Shown one piece after another: positions 20,175 through 29,289 of a stretch of 64,000 nt of DNA. Positions within the stretch are counted from its first letter, which is position 1, and every line of letters starts with the position of its first letter. The stretch is from Micavibrio sp. (GTDB lineage: Bacteria; Pseudomonadota; Alphaproteobacteria; Micavibrionales; Micavibrionaceae): the NCBI GenBank assembly GCA_026989265.1, contig JALSJP010000007.1, forward strand, positions 34,949 to 98,948, in the 5' to 3' direction. A program made the translations under genes and the position numbers. The notes below the pieces were generated by a model that did not search any database, was not told the origin of the DNA, and was given only the letters and a program-made list of their open reading frames with translations.

Positions 20175-20328
20175 AATTAAAATTACTCCAAGAGTTCAAT
20201 ACGAAAGTATAATGGAAGAGTTTGGTAAGGAAATACCGTGGACTGATTCTACTGTCTATTATAAGAACATAAATAAATAAAATCTATAATTTCTTTATTA
20301 GTTACAACCAATAATAATTGTGTATAAA

Positions 20329-21474
20329 TTAATCTGTAAATGAAATTCGCGAAGTATCAACACCAACCAAAGCATCGCTACTGCTGCGACCCTTTGATTC
20401 TTTAATTAACTTGGCTTGTTGTACCTTTATTTTCATATCAGAAGGCTTATCAGAGTTACTGATGGCACTATCCTCTGAAATTAGCGCGCTAACAAATAAT
20501 TTCATCAATGATTGATCAAATGTTGACATACCAATTGAATTATTCTGCTCCATAACGCTGTGTATTTTTCTAATTTCGCCTTTAGCAATAAGATCACGGA
20601 CAAGCCCTTGATTAATCATAACTTCAATAGCAGGAACAAGCCCACCATTAACGCTTGGCAACAATCGTTGAGAGACTATGCCCTTTAAATTCATGGATAA
20701 ATTAAGGCGTATTTGATTATGGGCATCCTCAGGGAACAAATTAACAATGCGCTCAATTGCCTGATAAGAGTTATTTGTATGAATGGTGGCAAGGCATAAA
20801 TGCCCAGTCTCTGCAATTGCCAATGCCTGCTCCATAACTTCGCGATCACGAATCTCACCGACTAAAATAACGTCTGGTCTCTGGCGCAAGGAATTTTTCA
20901 TCGCCGTGGCAAAACTTTCAGTATCAACGCCGACCTCACGTTGGGTTACAACGCAGCCCTTATGTTCATGAAAAAACTCAATAGGGTCTTCTATTGTAAT
21001 AATATGACCTGAGCTATCTTGGTTTATCTTGTCAATCATAGCGGCCAAAGTCGTGGATTTCCCCGACCCTGTCATCCCCGTAACCAGTATAAGCCCACGT
21101 TTTTCCATAGCAAGCGTTTCAAGTATATTAGGCAATTTCAATGCATCAAAGCTTGGAATATCAGAAACAATTCGCCGTATAACAAGCGCAGGAAGTTGCC
21201 TTTGGCGCAACACATTAACACGAAAACGACCATGCTCGCCCATATCAAGTGCAGTATTAAGTTCCATATGAGTGTCAAACTCACGGCGCTGCCTTGCTGT
21301 CAGCATAGATGATAAAATCTCATTAAGGTCATCAACAGAAAGTGCCTCATCAGATAATCTAATCAGGCTTTTATCACCACGTAATGTTGGTGGAGATCCT
21401 ACAGTAAGATATAGGTCGCTCGCCTCATGCTCACTCATAGAACTAAGGTATTTTAAAATTACAGGCACACTCAA
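20329..21474 (-). CDS. pilU: PilU-like type IV pilus retraction ATPase
   Basis: Walker A GMTGSGKSTTLAAM, Asp and His boxes, and LVRDLIAKGE in place of the PilT AIRNLIRE motif. Confidence 0.8.
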   Translation of the reverse strand: MSVPVILKYLSSMSEHEASDLYLTVGSPPTLRGDKSLIRLSDEALSVDDLNEILSSMLTARQRREFDTHMELNTALDMGEHGRFRVNVLRQRQLPALVIRRIVSDIPSFDALKLPNILETLAMEKRGLILVTGMTGSGKSTTLAAMIDKINQDSSGHIITIEDPIEFFHEHKGCVVTQREVGVDTESFATAMKNSLRQRPDVILVGEIRDREVMEQALAIAETGHLCLATIHTNNSYQAIERIVNLFPEDAHNQIRLNLSMNLKGIVSQRLLPSVNGGLVPAIEVMINQGLVRDLIAKGEIRKIHSVMEQNNSIGMSTFDQSLMKLFVSALISEDSAISNSDKPSDMKIKVQQAKLIKESKGRSSSDALVGVDTSRISFTD

Positions 21475-22643
21475 AATGAATACCCTTCGTCACTTTCGCC
21501 CGTTTTGGACGTTTTTGAAGAACCGAAATCAACCTCATCATCAGAAGCTATTTTTCCTCCACCCAAAGCAGTTGAAGCATACCCATCGTCTCCACCTTCG
21601 GATTCGTCGGATTCATCAGATGTTTTCATTAATGCGCGGCGCGCCTCATCCTTGCCTATTAGGCCACCATCAAAAAGATCTTGGATAGCGTCTTCCATAG
21701 TAATCATCCCATAGCGTGACCCTGTTTGCATCATAGAATATATTTGTGGAATTTGATTCTCGCGAATAAGGTTTCTAACAGCATTTGTTCCAACAAGAAC
21801 TTCAAACGCCCCTACTCGCCCTCCACCTTCTTTGCTAAGCAGTGTTTGTGCAACCACCCCTTGAATAGAGCTCGATAGCATTGCACGCACCATCTCTTTA
21901 TCACCAGTAGGAAAAACATCAATGATACGATCAATTGTTTTAGAAGCAGAATTAGAATGCAATGTCCCAAAAACAAGATGCCCCGTTTCCGCAGCAGTAA
22001 GCGCAAGAGAGATAGTCTCATGATCGCGCATCTCACCAACAAGTATAACGTCAGGATCTTCGCGCAAAGCACTTTTCAAGGCTCTAGCAAAGGTCTTTGT
22101 GTCCTGCCCTACTTCACGGTGGTTAACTAAAGACTTTTTAGATCTATGAAAAAATTCAACAGGGTCTTCAACCGTTAATATGTGCTTTGCCTGATGTAAG
22201 TTAATATGGTTAACCATTGATGCAAGAGTTGTCGATTTACCGCTACCTGTTGGCCCAGTTACAAGAACAAGCCCCTTTTCAAGCTCTGCAAAACGGCGCA
22301 ACACGGGCGGTAAGCCCAGCTCTTCCATCGTTGGGATAACCGTAGGAATCGTCCTAAAAACCGCGGCAGCCCCAAGCCTTGTTATAAAGCCATTAACACG
22401 AAAACGCGCCTTTTCCCCAAGGGCGATAGCAAAATCAATATCCATATTTTTTTCATATTCGGCGCGCTGCTCTTCTGTCATGACAGAATAAAGCATTGTC
22501 CTTATATCATCACTATCAAGAGCCAGTGCCTTAACCCGCTTCATTTTACCATTAACACGGATAATTGGCGGGTTACCAGCACTTAAATGAAGGTCTGATG
22601 CATCATTTTGCATCGTAAAAGCAAGAAGTTGTGTTAGATCCAA
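21471..22643 (-). CDS. pilT: PilT twitching-motility ATPase with acidic C-terminal tail
   Basis: GPTGSGKSTTLASM and the AVRNLIRENQ (AIRNLIRE-type) signature. About 45 extra D/E/S/G-rich residues at the C-terminus. Confidence 0.88.
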   Translation of the reverse strand: MDLTQLLAFTMQNDASDLHLSAGNPPIIRVNGKMKRVKALALDSDDIRTMLYSVMTEEQRAEYEKNMDIDFAIALGEKARFRVNGFITRLGAAAVFRTIPTVIPTMEELGLPPVLRRFAELEKGLVLVTGPTGSGKSTTLASMVNHINLHQAKHILTVEDPVEFFHRSKKSLVNHREVGQDTKTFARALKSALREDPDVILVGEMRDHETISLALTAAETGHLVFGTLHSNSASKTIDRIIDVFPTGDKEMVRAMLSSSIQGVVAQTLLSKEGGGRVGAFEVLVGTNAVRNLIRENQIPQIYSMMQTGSRYGMITMEDAIQDLFDGGLIGKDEARRALMKTSDESDESEGGDDGYASTALGGGKIASDDEVDFGSSKTSKTGESDEGYSF

Positions 22644-22751
22644 ATCGATAATCCCTTTAATAAATAAACATTGTTATTAAGTTTTACAGAAATAATATGA
22701 ACAGAAGGTAAAAAACCTATAAATTTATCATACATATTTTTACCATACTAT

Positions 22752-23504
22752 TCACGTGAAAAAGCTCCCCTGAAGCAATAATAATACATAGAATGACATA
22801 ATAAGGGCTGGGCCAAATGGGAAAACCTCAGTTTTGAAAATTACTCGCCAAAAAAGTGCAAATAAAACAGCCAATCCCCCCGAAAGAATAAGGAAGTGAG
22901 ATAACGCAGAAACGCCTAACCAAACCCCCGCGACTCCAAAAAATTTAACATCACCAAGCCCAAGGGCATCTTTTTTCAAAAGTTTTGTGAATAAAACACC
23001 TATCCCCCACGAGAAAAGCGCATAAACAAATGCCCCTCCAATATAATCAAGCGCGTAATAACCGTCATTTGACACGTAATTATAAACCACCCGAAGCCCG
23101 CCTATAATAAATAAAATAAGGGTGAGCTGATTTGGCAATATCATATGCTCAAGGTCAATTACAAATAAAGATAGTAATATTGGCACGCTAATAATGAGAA
23201 ACAAACTTTCCGCGCTAACTCCAAAAACAAAATATATAGCCAAGCATAAAAATACACTTACCAATTCTAACAAGGGGTATTTACATGATATCTTACTAGA
23301 GCAGCGTCGGCACTTCCCCTTAAATATGCACCATGAAATAACTGGTATTAAATCAACCGCCCCTAATTTAGATTTGCAGGAAACGCAGGCAGAGCGAGCG
23401 CTCACCCAGAATAGTTTTCTAGGAATACGATAGATAAGAGCCGTTGAGAAGCTACCGAGGATTAAACCTAAAAACACAATAATAAAGATTTCAATGAAAT
23501 ACAT
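22752..23504 (-). CDS. pilD: Prepilin peptidase (A24 family)
   Basis: CVSCKSKL...CRRCSSKI zinc-type Cys pairs, catalytic-Asp motif GLGDVKF, and a polytopic membrane profile. Confidence 0.88.
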   Translation of the reverse strand: MYFIEIFIIVFLGLILGSFSTALIYRIPRKLFWVSARSACVSCKSKLGAVDLIPVISWCIFKGKCRRCSSKISCKYPLLELVSVFLCLAIYFVFGVSAESLFLIISVPILLSLFVIDLEHMILPNQLTLILFIIGGLRVVYNYVSNDGYYALDYIGGAFVYALFSWGIGVLFTKLLKKDALGLGDVKFFGVAGVWLGVSALSHFLILSGGLAVLFALFWRVIFKTEVFPFGPALIMSFYVLLLLQGSFFT

Positions 23505-23515
23505 AAAGCTGTTTT

Positions 23516-24427
23516 TTAGCGAATTTGCGCTAGCCTTTCATACACAACATCACGTGGAATAGAGCGCCCCGCACCATATACAGAGTCAAGTTCCAAAGCC
23601 TTCTCATAATAAGAAACGGCCTTTTCCTCATCACCCGCACCATCAGCAATAACTGCCATATTAAACACATGATTTGCGTTCTTAGAATCCATACTTGCCG
23701 CAATACCTAAATATCTCAGCGCCGATCTAGCATCCCCCGTTTTCGCATAGGTGACCGCGATTTGAGCGGTTAAAGCAACGCTGCTTTTATTTGCCTCACG
23801 CAAATCAAGCAAACGGCGAAGAGCAATAGACGGATATCTTGTAGCCAAAAGCCCTAACATATTAACCTTAACATCAATGTTATCTGGCTCAACCTTGCTT
23901 AGAGCATCATATGTTTGCATAGCCTCATCAAAACGACCTACCTTTTGCAGGGAAACAGCGCGCCCCATAAGCACGCGCGGGTCTTTTTTATTAACCTCAT
24001 AAAGCTCTTCAAACATCAAAAGAGCCGAATCAAATCGCCCTAGAGACATCGCCCTTTCCGCCGAAACAAGTCGAGCAGACCTAGTGTCCGCGCCGCTATT
24101 TTTCCTTACAATAATAAATCTTGAGGCTGGCTGAGTAACTGGATCAACATTTATAGGGCCTTTTCGTCCCATCTCACCTTGCGGAACAAGGTCATTAGCA
24201 TCAAAAAAATCATCAGAATCCTCCTCATCTTCAGCGCGGGAAGTATCAAATTGCACATCGGCAAAACCACTTAATTCCTCAACATCAGGAGTGGTCAAAT
24301 TACCATCAATAAAATCATCGACAATAATCGGTGGATTATCTTGCGCATATGAATAAGAAGGAACAACTATAGCTAGCAAGAGCATAAAACGAAAACAAGA
24401 TAACACAGGCATAGTAAAATCTTTCAA
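23516..24427 (-). CDS. Secreted TPR-repeat protein (PilF/MshN-like accessory)
   Basis: Signal peptide ending SYSYAQD, then an acidic linker and several TPR-like repeats (ALLMFEELYEVN.., AMQTYDALSKVEPDN.., AVSYYEKALELD). Confidence 0.65.
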   Translation of the reverse strand: MKDFTMPVLSCFRFMLLLAIVVPSYSYAQDNPPIIVDDFIDGNLTTPDVEELSGFADVQFDTSRAEDEEDSDDFFDANDLVPQGEMGRKGPINVDPVTQPASRFIIVRKNSGADTRSARLVSAERAMSLGRFDSALLMFEELYEVNKKDPRVLMGRAVSLQKVGRFDEAMQTYDALSKVEPDNIDVKVNMLGLLATRYPSIALRRLLDLREANKSSVALTAQIAVTYAKTGDARSALRYLGIAASMDSKNANHVFNMAVIADGAGDEEKAVSYYEKALELDSVYGAGRSIPRDVVYERLAQIR

Positions 24428-24484
24428 TAAACGGCACGAATGTGCAAAACAGGACAGCGAATCATTATCACTGTTAGAATTATA

Positions 24485-25219
24485 TCACGCAACCTGCTTT
24501 TGCTCAATGAAATCTAAAAAAGCATTTTCCAAATTATCGGACGCTGTCTTGATTTTAAGGTCTTTAGGCGATCCTACATATAAAATGCTACCGTTATGCA
24601 GCAATGCCACGCGATCACATATTTCATCCATATCAGCAAGTATATGCGAGCTTAAAAATATGGTGCGATCCTCATGCTTCATTTCATTAATCATGCTTTT
24701 AACTTTAGACCTAGCCATAGGGTCAAGCCCGCTCATCGGCTCATCCAAAATAAATAATGAACAACCAGTAAGCATCGTCCCCATAAGACCTAATTTTTGG
24801 CGCATACCTTTTGAATATGTATTCACCCGTCGATAAAGTGCGGCGCTTTCAAGGTCAAGACTAGCGGCGGCTTCTATCATTTTATTCTCATCAAATTTCC
24901 TGTTATAAAGCTGCATGGAAAACTTAAGGAACTCCATTCCGCTTAAAAACCATGGTGGCTCAAACTTTTCTGGCAAATATGCCAGCTCAGATTTAGCTTT
25001 ATGGCTTGATATCCCTCTATCAAATAAAGAAATATTACCGCATTGCAAATCCCTTAAACCTAATATAGCCTTAATTATAGTAGTTTTACCCGCGCCATTA
25101 AGCCCCATAAGACCAAAAACCTCACCAGACTTAACATCAAGATTAATATCTTTAATCACAGTTTTTCCTGAATAGGATACAGAAAGATTTTCAATTAAAA
25201 GCGGAGTAATATCACTCAT
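24485..25219 (-). CDS. ABC transporter ATP-binding protein (ABC-2 subfamily type)
   Basis: Walker A GLNGAGKTT, signature YSKGMRQKL, Walker B LFILDEP and H-loop SSHIL. Confidence 0.9.
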   Translation of the reverse strand: MSDITPLLIENLSVSYSGKTVIKDINLDVKSGEVFGLMGLNGAGKTTIIKAILGLRDLQCGNISLFDRGISSHKAKSELAYLPEKFEPPWFLSGMEFLKFSMQLYNRKFDENKMIEAAASLDLESAALYRRVNTYSKGMRQKLGLMGTMLTGCSLFILDEPMSGLDPMARSKVKSMINEMKHEDRTIFLSSHILADMDEICDRVALLHNGSILYVGSPKDLKIKTASDNLENAFLDFIEQKQVA

Positions 25220-25227
25220 AGATTATG

Positions 25228-25731
25228 CTACCCTGGAAGAAAAATTCGGGAATCCATATCAAACCTCTGATGAGTGCGAATACGAATTGGAAACACCTGA
25301 TTAGTATAGTCATCAAGCCATTTAATTTCTATATAATCCTTAAATACGCGAAGATCCAAAACCTCTTTAGGAACAGCGTCAGGCGTAACCCGTTGACCAT
25401 TAAGCCAAATAATCCAGCTATCCTCTTTAGTAAATAAAATCCCGCCAAGCTCAATCTCGCGCGTGCCTGCATCAGGCTCAAATTCATCGCCATTATTCAT
25501 TGCATCCAATTCTGATTGGGTAGGAGCTCTAACAACGCCCTTAGTTTTTCGCGCATCCATTATGGATTTATGTTGCCAATAAGTAAAAACCAAAGATGGA
25601 ATATCGTCGACTGATATTTCCTTATTGACGCTTGATTCCTCACTATCTTGAGCAAAAGCAATATTTGGGAATGACATGAAAAACAAAAAAATCAACATGC
25701 AATATATATTAACTTTAATTTTCATACTCAT
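25228..25731 (-). CDS. Secreted small protein, PilP-like by position and architecture
   Basis: Signal peptide (..FPNIAFAQD), then a beta-rich domain of about 140 aa (IELGGILFTKEDSWIIWLNGQRVTPD). Overlaps the upstream gene by 4 nt. Confidence 0.45.
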   Translation of the reverse strand: MSMKIKVNIYCMLIFLFFMSFPNIAFAQDSEESSVNKEISVDDIPSLVFTYWQHKSIMDARKTKGVVRAPTQSELDAMNNGDEFEPDAGTREIELGGILFTKEDSWIIWLNGQRVTPDAVPKEVLDLRVFKDYIEIKWLDDYTNQVFPIRIRTHQRFDMDSRIFLPG

Positions 25732-26372
25732 AACCCCTTACCATCATATATAACTTGAGAAGTCGGGATAAGCGTGCGCCATGACATTTTTATATTAGCC
25801 TTAACAAGTTCAGGCGTTGCCCCTGATGCTATTGCACGCAAAACAGGAGCGCTAATATCCCTTATCCGAGTGATTATGATATTATCAAACGATAAATGAC
25901 CAGGGAATTTTTCTAGTGCTATATCCATATATTTGTAAATAGCAGTATCATCCAAAGCCCTTATTTCAACTTCTATGGGCGACATAAGCACGCTATGATT
26001 AGCCTTTTTAGCCTCGTCATAATCCAATATAACGCCAGATTTAACACTAACAACCGCAGAAATGACCCCCGATTCATTTTGAATAACACTAAATAGCTTT
26101 TTAGCATCACTCCTAACTTGGTTTGAGAAAAACCCATCATCTTTAAGTGCGTTAAAGCTATCGCGCTGCTTGTCTAGCTGTTCAAACTCAATTTGTATGC
26201 GATCAATATCAGCTCTTACGGCATGAGTTTGCGCTCTTAATGTTCTAAGCTGCCTGTCACTACTACTATTTTCAGGCATAAGGTATAAATAGACTACCGC
26301 GCCCAAAGCAATATTCAAACTGATAAGAACAATAAGTATAACTAGACGCTTAATCCCAATAATTTGCATCAT
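25728..26372 (-). CDS. Bitopic coiled-coil protein, PilO/MshJ-like by architecture
   Basis: N-terminal TM helix, coiled-coil segment (LRTLRAQTHAVRADIDRIQIEFEQLDKQ), then an alpha/beta domain. 4-nt overlaps with both neighbours. Confidence 0.45.
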   Translation of the reverse strand: MMQIIGIKRLVILIVLISLNIALGAVVYLYLMPENSSSDRQLRTLRAQTHAVRADIDRIQIEFEQLDKQRDSFNALKDDGFFSNQVRSDAKKLFSVIQNESGVISAVVSVKSGVILDYDEAKKANHSVLMSPIEVEIRALDDTAIYKYMDIALEKFPGHLSFDNIIITRIRDISAPVLRAIASGATPELVKANIKMSWRTLIPTSQVIYDGKGL

Positions 26373-27973
26373 TTTGGTGGTCCTTCAATACTAATTTCCG
26401 CGACATAATCCTGTGAAGTTTTTGCTGTTTTTGCCTCACCTGTTTCAACAACAATTTCCTCACTATATTCATAATCTTCTAGTAGTTTTATAACCTTAAC
26501 CACATGACCATGCAAAGATTGTTGCAACCGCGATTGAAGCCGCTCAACTTCTGCATTGCCTCTTTCTGCGTTTGTAGAGCTGGGAAAGCTCATTTGCATT
26601 TTTGCAGTAAATAATGGCTGCGAAGCATTACCGCCCATAATCCTGTTTCGGAAACTAGCCGTACCCCTCTTAACCTCAAGGCGGTCAATGCGCATATCAC
26701 GCCCCAAAGATGTGCCAATATTATAAAATAATCCAAAAGCATCCACTTTATTGCTATTAAACTTATCATTTAAAGCAAGGGAGTTTTGGATAAGCTGTAT
26801 ATCGTACCCCAAAACCTCTTTACGCTTCACTTCTTTAGAATAGCGCAAGTCCAATCGCTCCTTTTGCTGGAGTATATCTTTTATATTTTCTTTATTCTCA
26901 GTATTTAACTGCAAGTAATCAAGCAATTGATAGGCTTGAAAAGCCCCACCCAAAACAAGCAATACAGAAATAAGAGCCGCCATTTGCCGTGGCTTTGAAA
27001 CATTATCTATCTGCTTTGCCTTCATTGGCAAAATAAAGCTACTCTTACGTCCCACCCACGCCATATGCAAAGCATCTGCATGATAACCATTTTCTTGAGC
27101 GCCTAAAGATAACCCCAAAAGACTAGCCGCTTTATCTGATGTAACTGAATAAAAATTACAAGGAGCGGTCATAAGCTCATCAACTATATCACCTATTGGC
27201 TGCTCCGAGATTAAAATAACATTTAATCCATCCGACGAATCATATCCAAATCGAGAAAGATAGCTCATAGTAGCCTGAAACTCCTGATGGACATCCTTTG
27301 CCCACGCCATAGCATCATTGTCATTCTCAACAATCGGAGTCATACGGGTTAGCGCAAGCTCCCCATTACGGGTAACAATCTGGCGAAGCCCACCATTTTT
27401 ATGCTGCCCCATAAATATTGTCCATTGTGCCTTTTTATCTTCCTTAGAACTAAGCTTATCGGAAAGCTTTTTAATCATATCCGAAGATTCAACGGGAAGC
27501 AGACAAAACCCAACAATGGAAACCAGTGACTTGCGCGTTGCAGCCATTGTTTTAGAAAATGCATCAGTCGCGGGAACGGCTGCAAAGATATAAATATTTG
27601 CAGCCATTGCTTTATCTGTCTTAGATATTTTTTCCTTTAAAGGAAGGGCTGCGCGCACAGGATAGTTAGGGAAAGCAACCTTAAGCTTTCTTTTTATAAC
27701 ATTTTGCTTGTCCATGCCGTTAACGCGCGGAACTTTTTCTTTGCGATAATGCTGCTCGACCATGTCGTTTATTATTAAAACGGGCTTTCCGCCGCAATCT
27801 TTAGATATAATAACAGCTACATTTTCTTCAAAATCATCCGCAGCCCATGGCACAGTCTCGACAAGCTTAACCCCCTTAGAGTTAGTTGAGTAGATGAAGA
27901 GTGCTTCATCACAGATCATAAGGAGAGTTCGAGATGGTGTTAAAAAAGATAAAGACATATAAAAAACACTCAA
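26369..27973 (-). CDS. PilM/PilN-like fusion (MshI-like) assembly protein
   Basis: Cytoplasmic domain of about 330 aa, a single TM helix (MAALISVLLVLGGAFQAY), then a coiled-coil/periplasmic domain of about 190 aa. Sits between the platform gene and the PilO-like gene. Confidence 0.45.
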   Translation of the reverse strand: MSVFYMSLSFLTPSRTLLMICDEALFIYSTNSKGVKLVETVPWAADDFEENVAVIISKDCGGKPVLIINDMVEQHYRKEKVPRVNGMDKQNVIKRKLKVAFPNYPVRAALPLKEKISKTDKAMAANIYIFAAVPATDAFSKTMAATRKSLVSIVGFCLLPVESSDMIKKLSDKLSSKEDKKAQWTIFMGQHKNGGLRQIVTRNGELALTRMTPIVENDNDAMAWAKDVHQEFQATMSYLSRFGYDSSDGLNVILISEQPIGDIVDELMTAPCNFYSVTSDKAASLLGLSLGAQENGYHADALHMAWVGRKSSFILPMKAKQIDNVSKPRQMAALISVLLVLGGAFQAYQLLDYLQLNTENKENIKDILQQKERLDLRYSKEVKRKEVLGYDIQLIQNSLALNDKFNSNKVDAFGLFYNIGTSLGRDMRIDRLEVKRGTASFRNRIMGGNASQPLFTAKMQMSFPSSTNAERGNAEVERLQSRLQQSLHGHVVKVIKLLEDYEYSEEIVVETGEAKTAKTSQDYVAEISIEGPPK

Positions 27974-27976
27974 AGG

Positions 27977-29227
27977 TTAAAAATCTACCATTGTCCCTAA
28001 ATTCATATATATAGGTCCCAATGATCCAGCAGCGATCCACATGATAACTGTAGCTAGTATAATAGTTAATGTTGGCTGAATCATCTCAATTAATCCATCG
28101 ATAGCCTCATCAACATCTTTTGTATAAAAATCAGACACCTGATCCAAAACTTCTGAAAGCTTACCAGATTCTTCGCCAATTTTCACCATGCGCACAACCA
28201 TGCTTGGAAATTCACCCGACGCATTAAGCGCATCGGAAAGCGGAGAGCCAGATTGCACGTAATCCTCAACCCCTTCCATAGCATCAATTAGAACAAGATT
28301 ACTCACCGTATTGCGTGATGATTTAAGCGCCTTTATAACATCAATCCCACTTGCAAATAGAGCTGCAAAAGTCTGTGAATAACGTGCAATTGTTATCTTT
28401 CTAATCAAATTTCCAGCAACAGGCAGGCTTAAATAAAACGAATCAATCTTATATGCGGCACTTTCTGATGACTTGCGCACGAACATAAAAGCCAAAACCA
28501 TCAGAAACGGAATACCAAGAAATATAATAGCCCCATATACAGGCAACCCCAAAATATGGAATTGTGGCTGCACAAAAAAGTTTGATGTTGCAATTAATGA
28601 AGTAGAATACCACGGCAATTCAAGATCAAGAAACTTCAAAAAGCCCACAATTTGTGGCACAACCATGCTCATCATAAAAACGACCACGCCCAAGACAACA
28701 ACAGCGGTAATCATTGGGCCTCGAGTGGCTTTCTTGATTTTAGATTGCATAATATCAACCCATTTCAAGTATTTCTCAAGTTGGCGATAAGAAGATGTAA
28801 GATCACCCGTTGCCTCACCTGACTTTATAAGGGAGATATACAAAGCCTTAAAAACCTTGGGATGCTTGTTCATAGCCTCGGATAGAGAAGCCCCATCACT
28901 AACATCACGATGAACCTCGCTCATCATATCACGCATTTGATCGTTGGTTGAACCATCCCTAATATCGGAAAGAGCGTCGAGAAGTGGCACTCCCGCACCT
29001 TGCATTTGCTCCATATTAATAAAAAACTGAATCAAATCCCTAAGAGTTACTGTATTTCTCGACATACCAATAACAGAAGATTTGTTCTTATTTAACGCCG
29101 AACATTGAACAAGTTCAAGCCCTGCTGTTTGCAGTTGATTATATAAATCAACCTCATTAACAGCAGCAACAGTCCCCCGAACTGGGCGACCTCTAGCATT
29201 TACAGCTCTATATTTATAACGTTCGAT
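27977..29227 (-). CDS. pilC: Type IV pilus platform protein (GspF/PilC/MshG family), probable non-canonical start
   Basis: T2SS-F repeats (LSEAMNKHPKVF.., LSDALNASGEFP..). The frame stays open upstream of the first ATG (29065) and encodes the family N-terminus (I)ERYKYRAVNARGRPVRGTVAAVNEVDLYNQLQTAGLEL. Start proposed at ATC 29227, 9 nt after AAAGGG. Confidence 0.8.
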   Translation of the reverse strand: MERYKYRAVNARGRPVRGTVAAVNEVDLYNQLQTAGLELVQCSALNKNKSSVIGMSRNTVTLRDLIQFFINMEQMQGAGVPLLDALSDIRDGSTNDQMRDMMSEVHRDVSDGASLSEAMNKHPKVFKALYISLIKSGEATGDLTSSYRQLEKYLKWVDIMQSKIKKATRGPMITAVVVLGVVVFMMSMVVPQIVGFLKFLDLELPWYSTSLIATSNFFVQPQFHILGLPVYGAIIFLGIPFLMVLAFMFVRKSSESAAYKIDSFYLSLPVAGNLIRKITIARYSQTFAALFASGIDVIKALKSSRNTVSNLVLIDAMEGVEDYVQSGSPLSDALNASGEFPSMVVRMVKIGEESGKLSEVLDQVSDFYTKDVDEAIDGLIEMIQPTLTIILATVIMWIAAGSLGPIYMNLGTMVDF

Positions 29228-29289
29228 AGTAATTATCCCTTTAGAACAAGTGATAAAGTAAGTAAGTAAGTAAACAATATTAAACCAGA

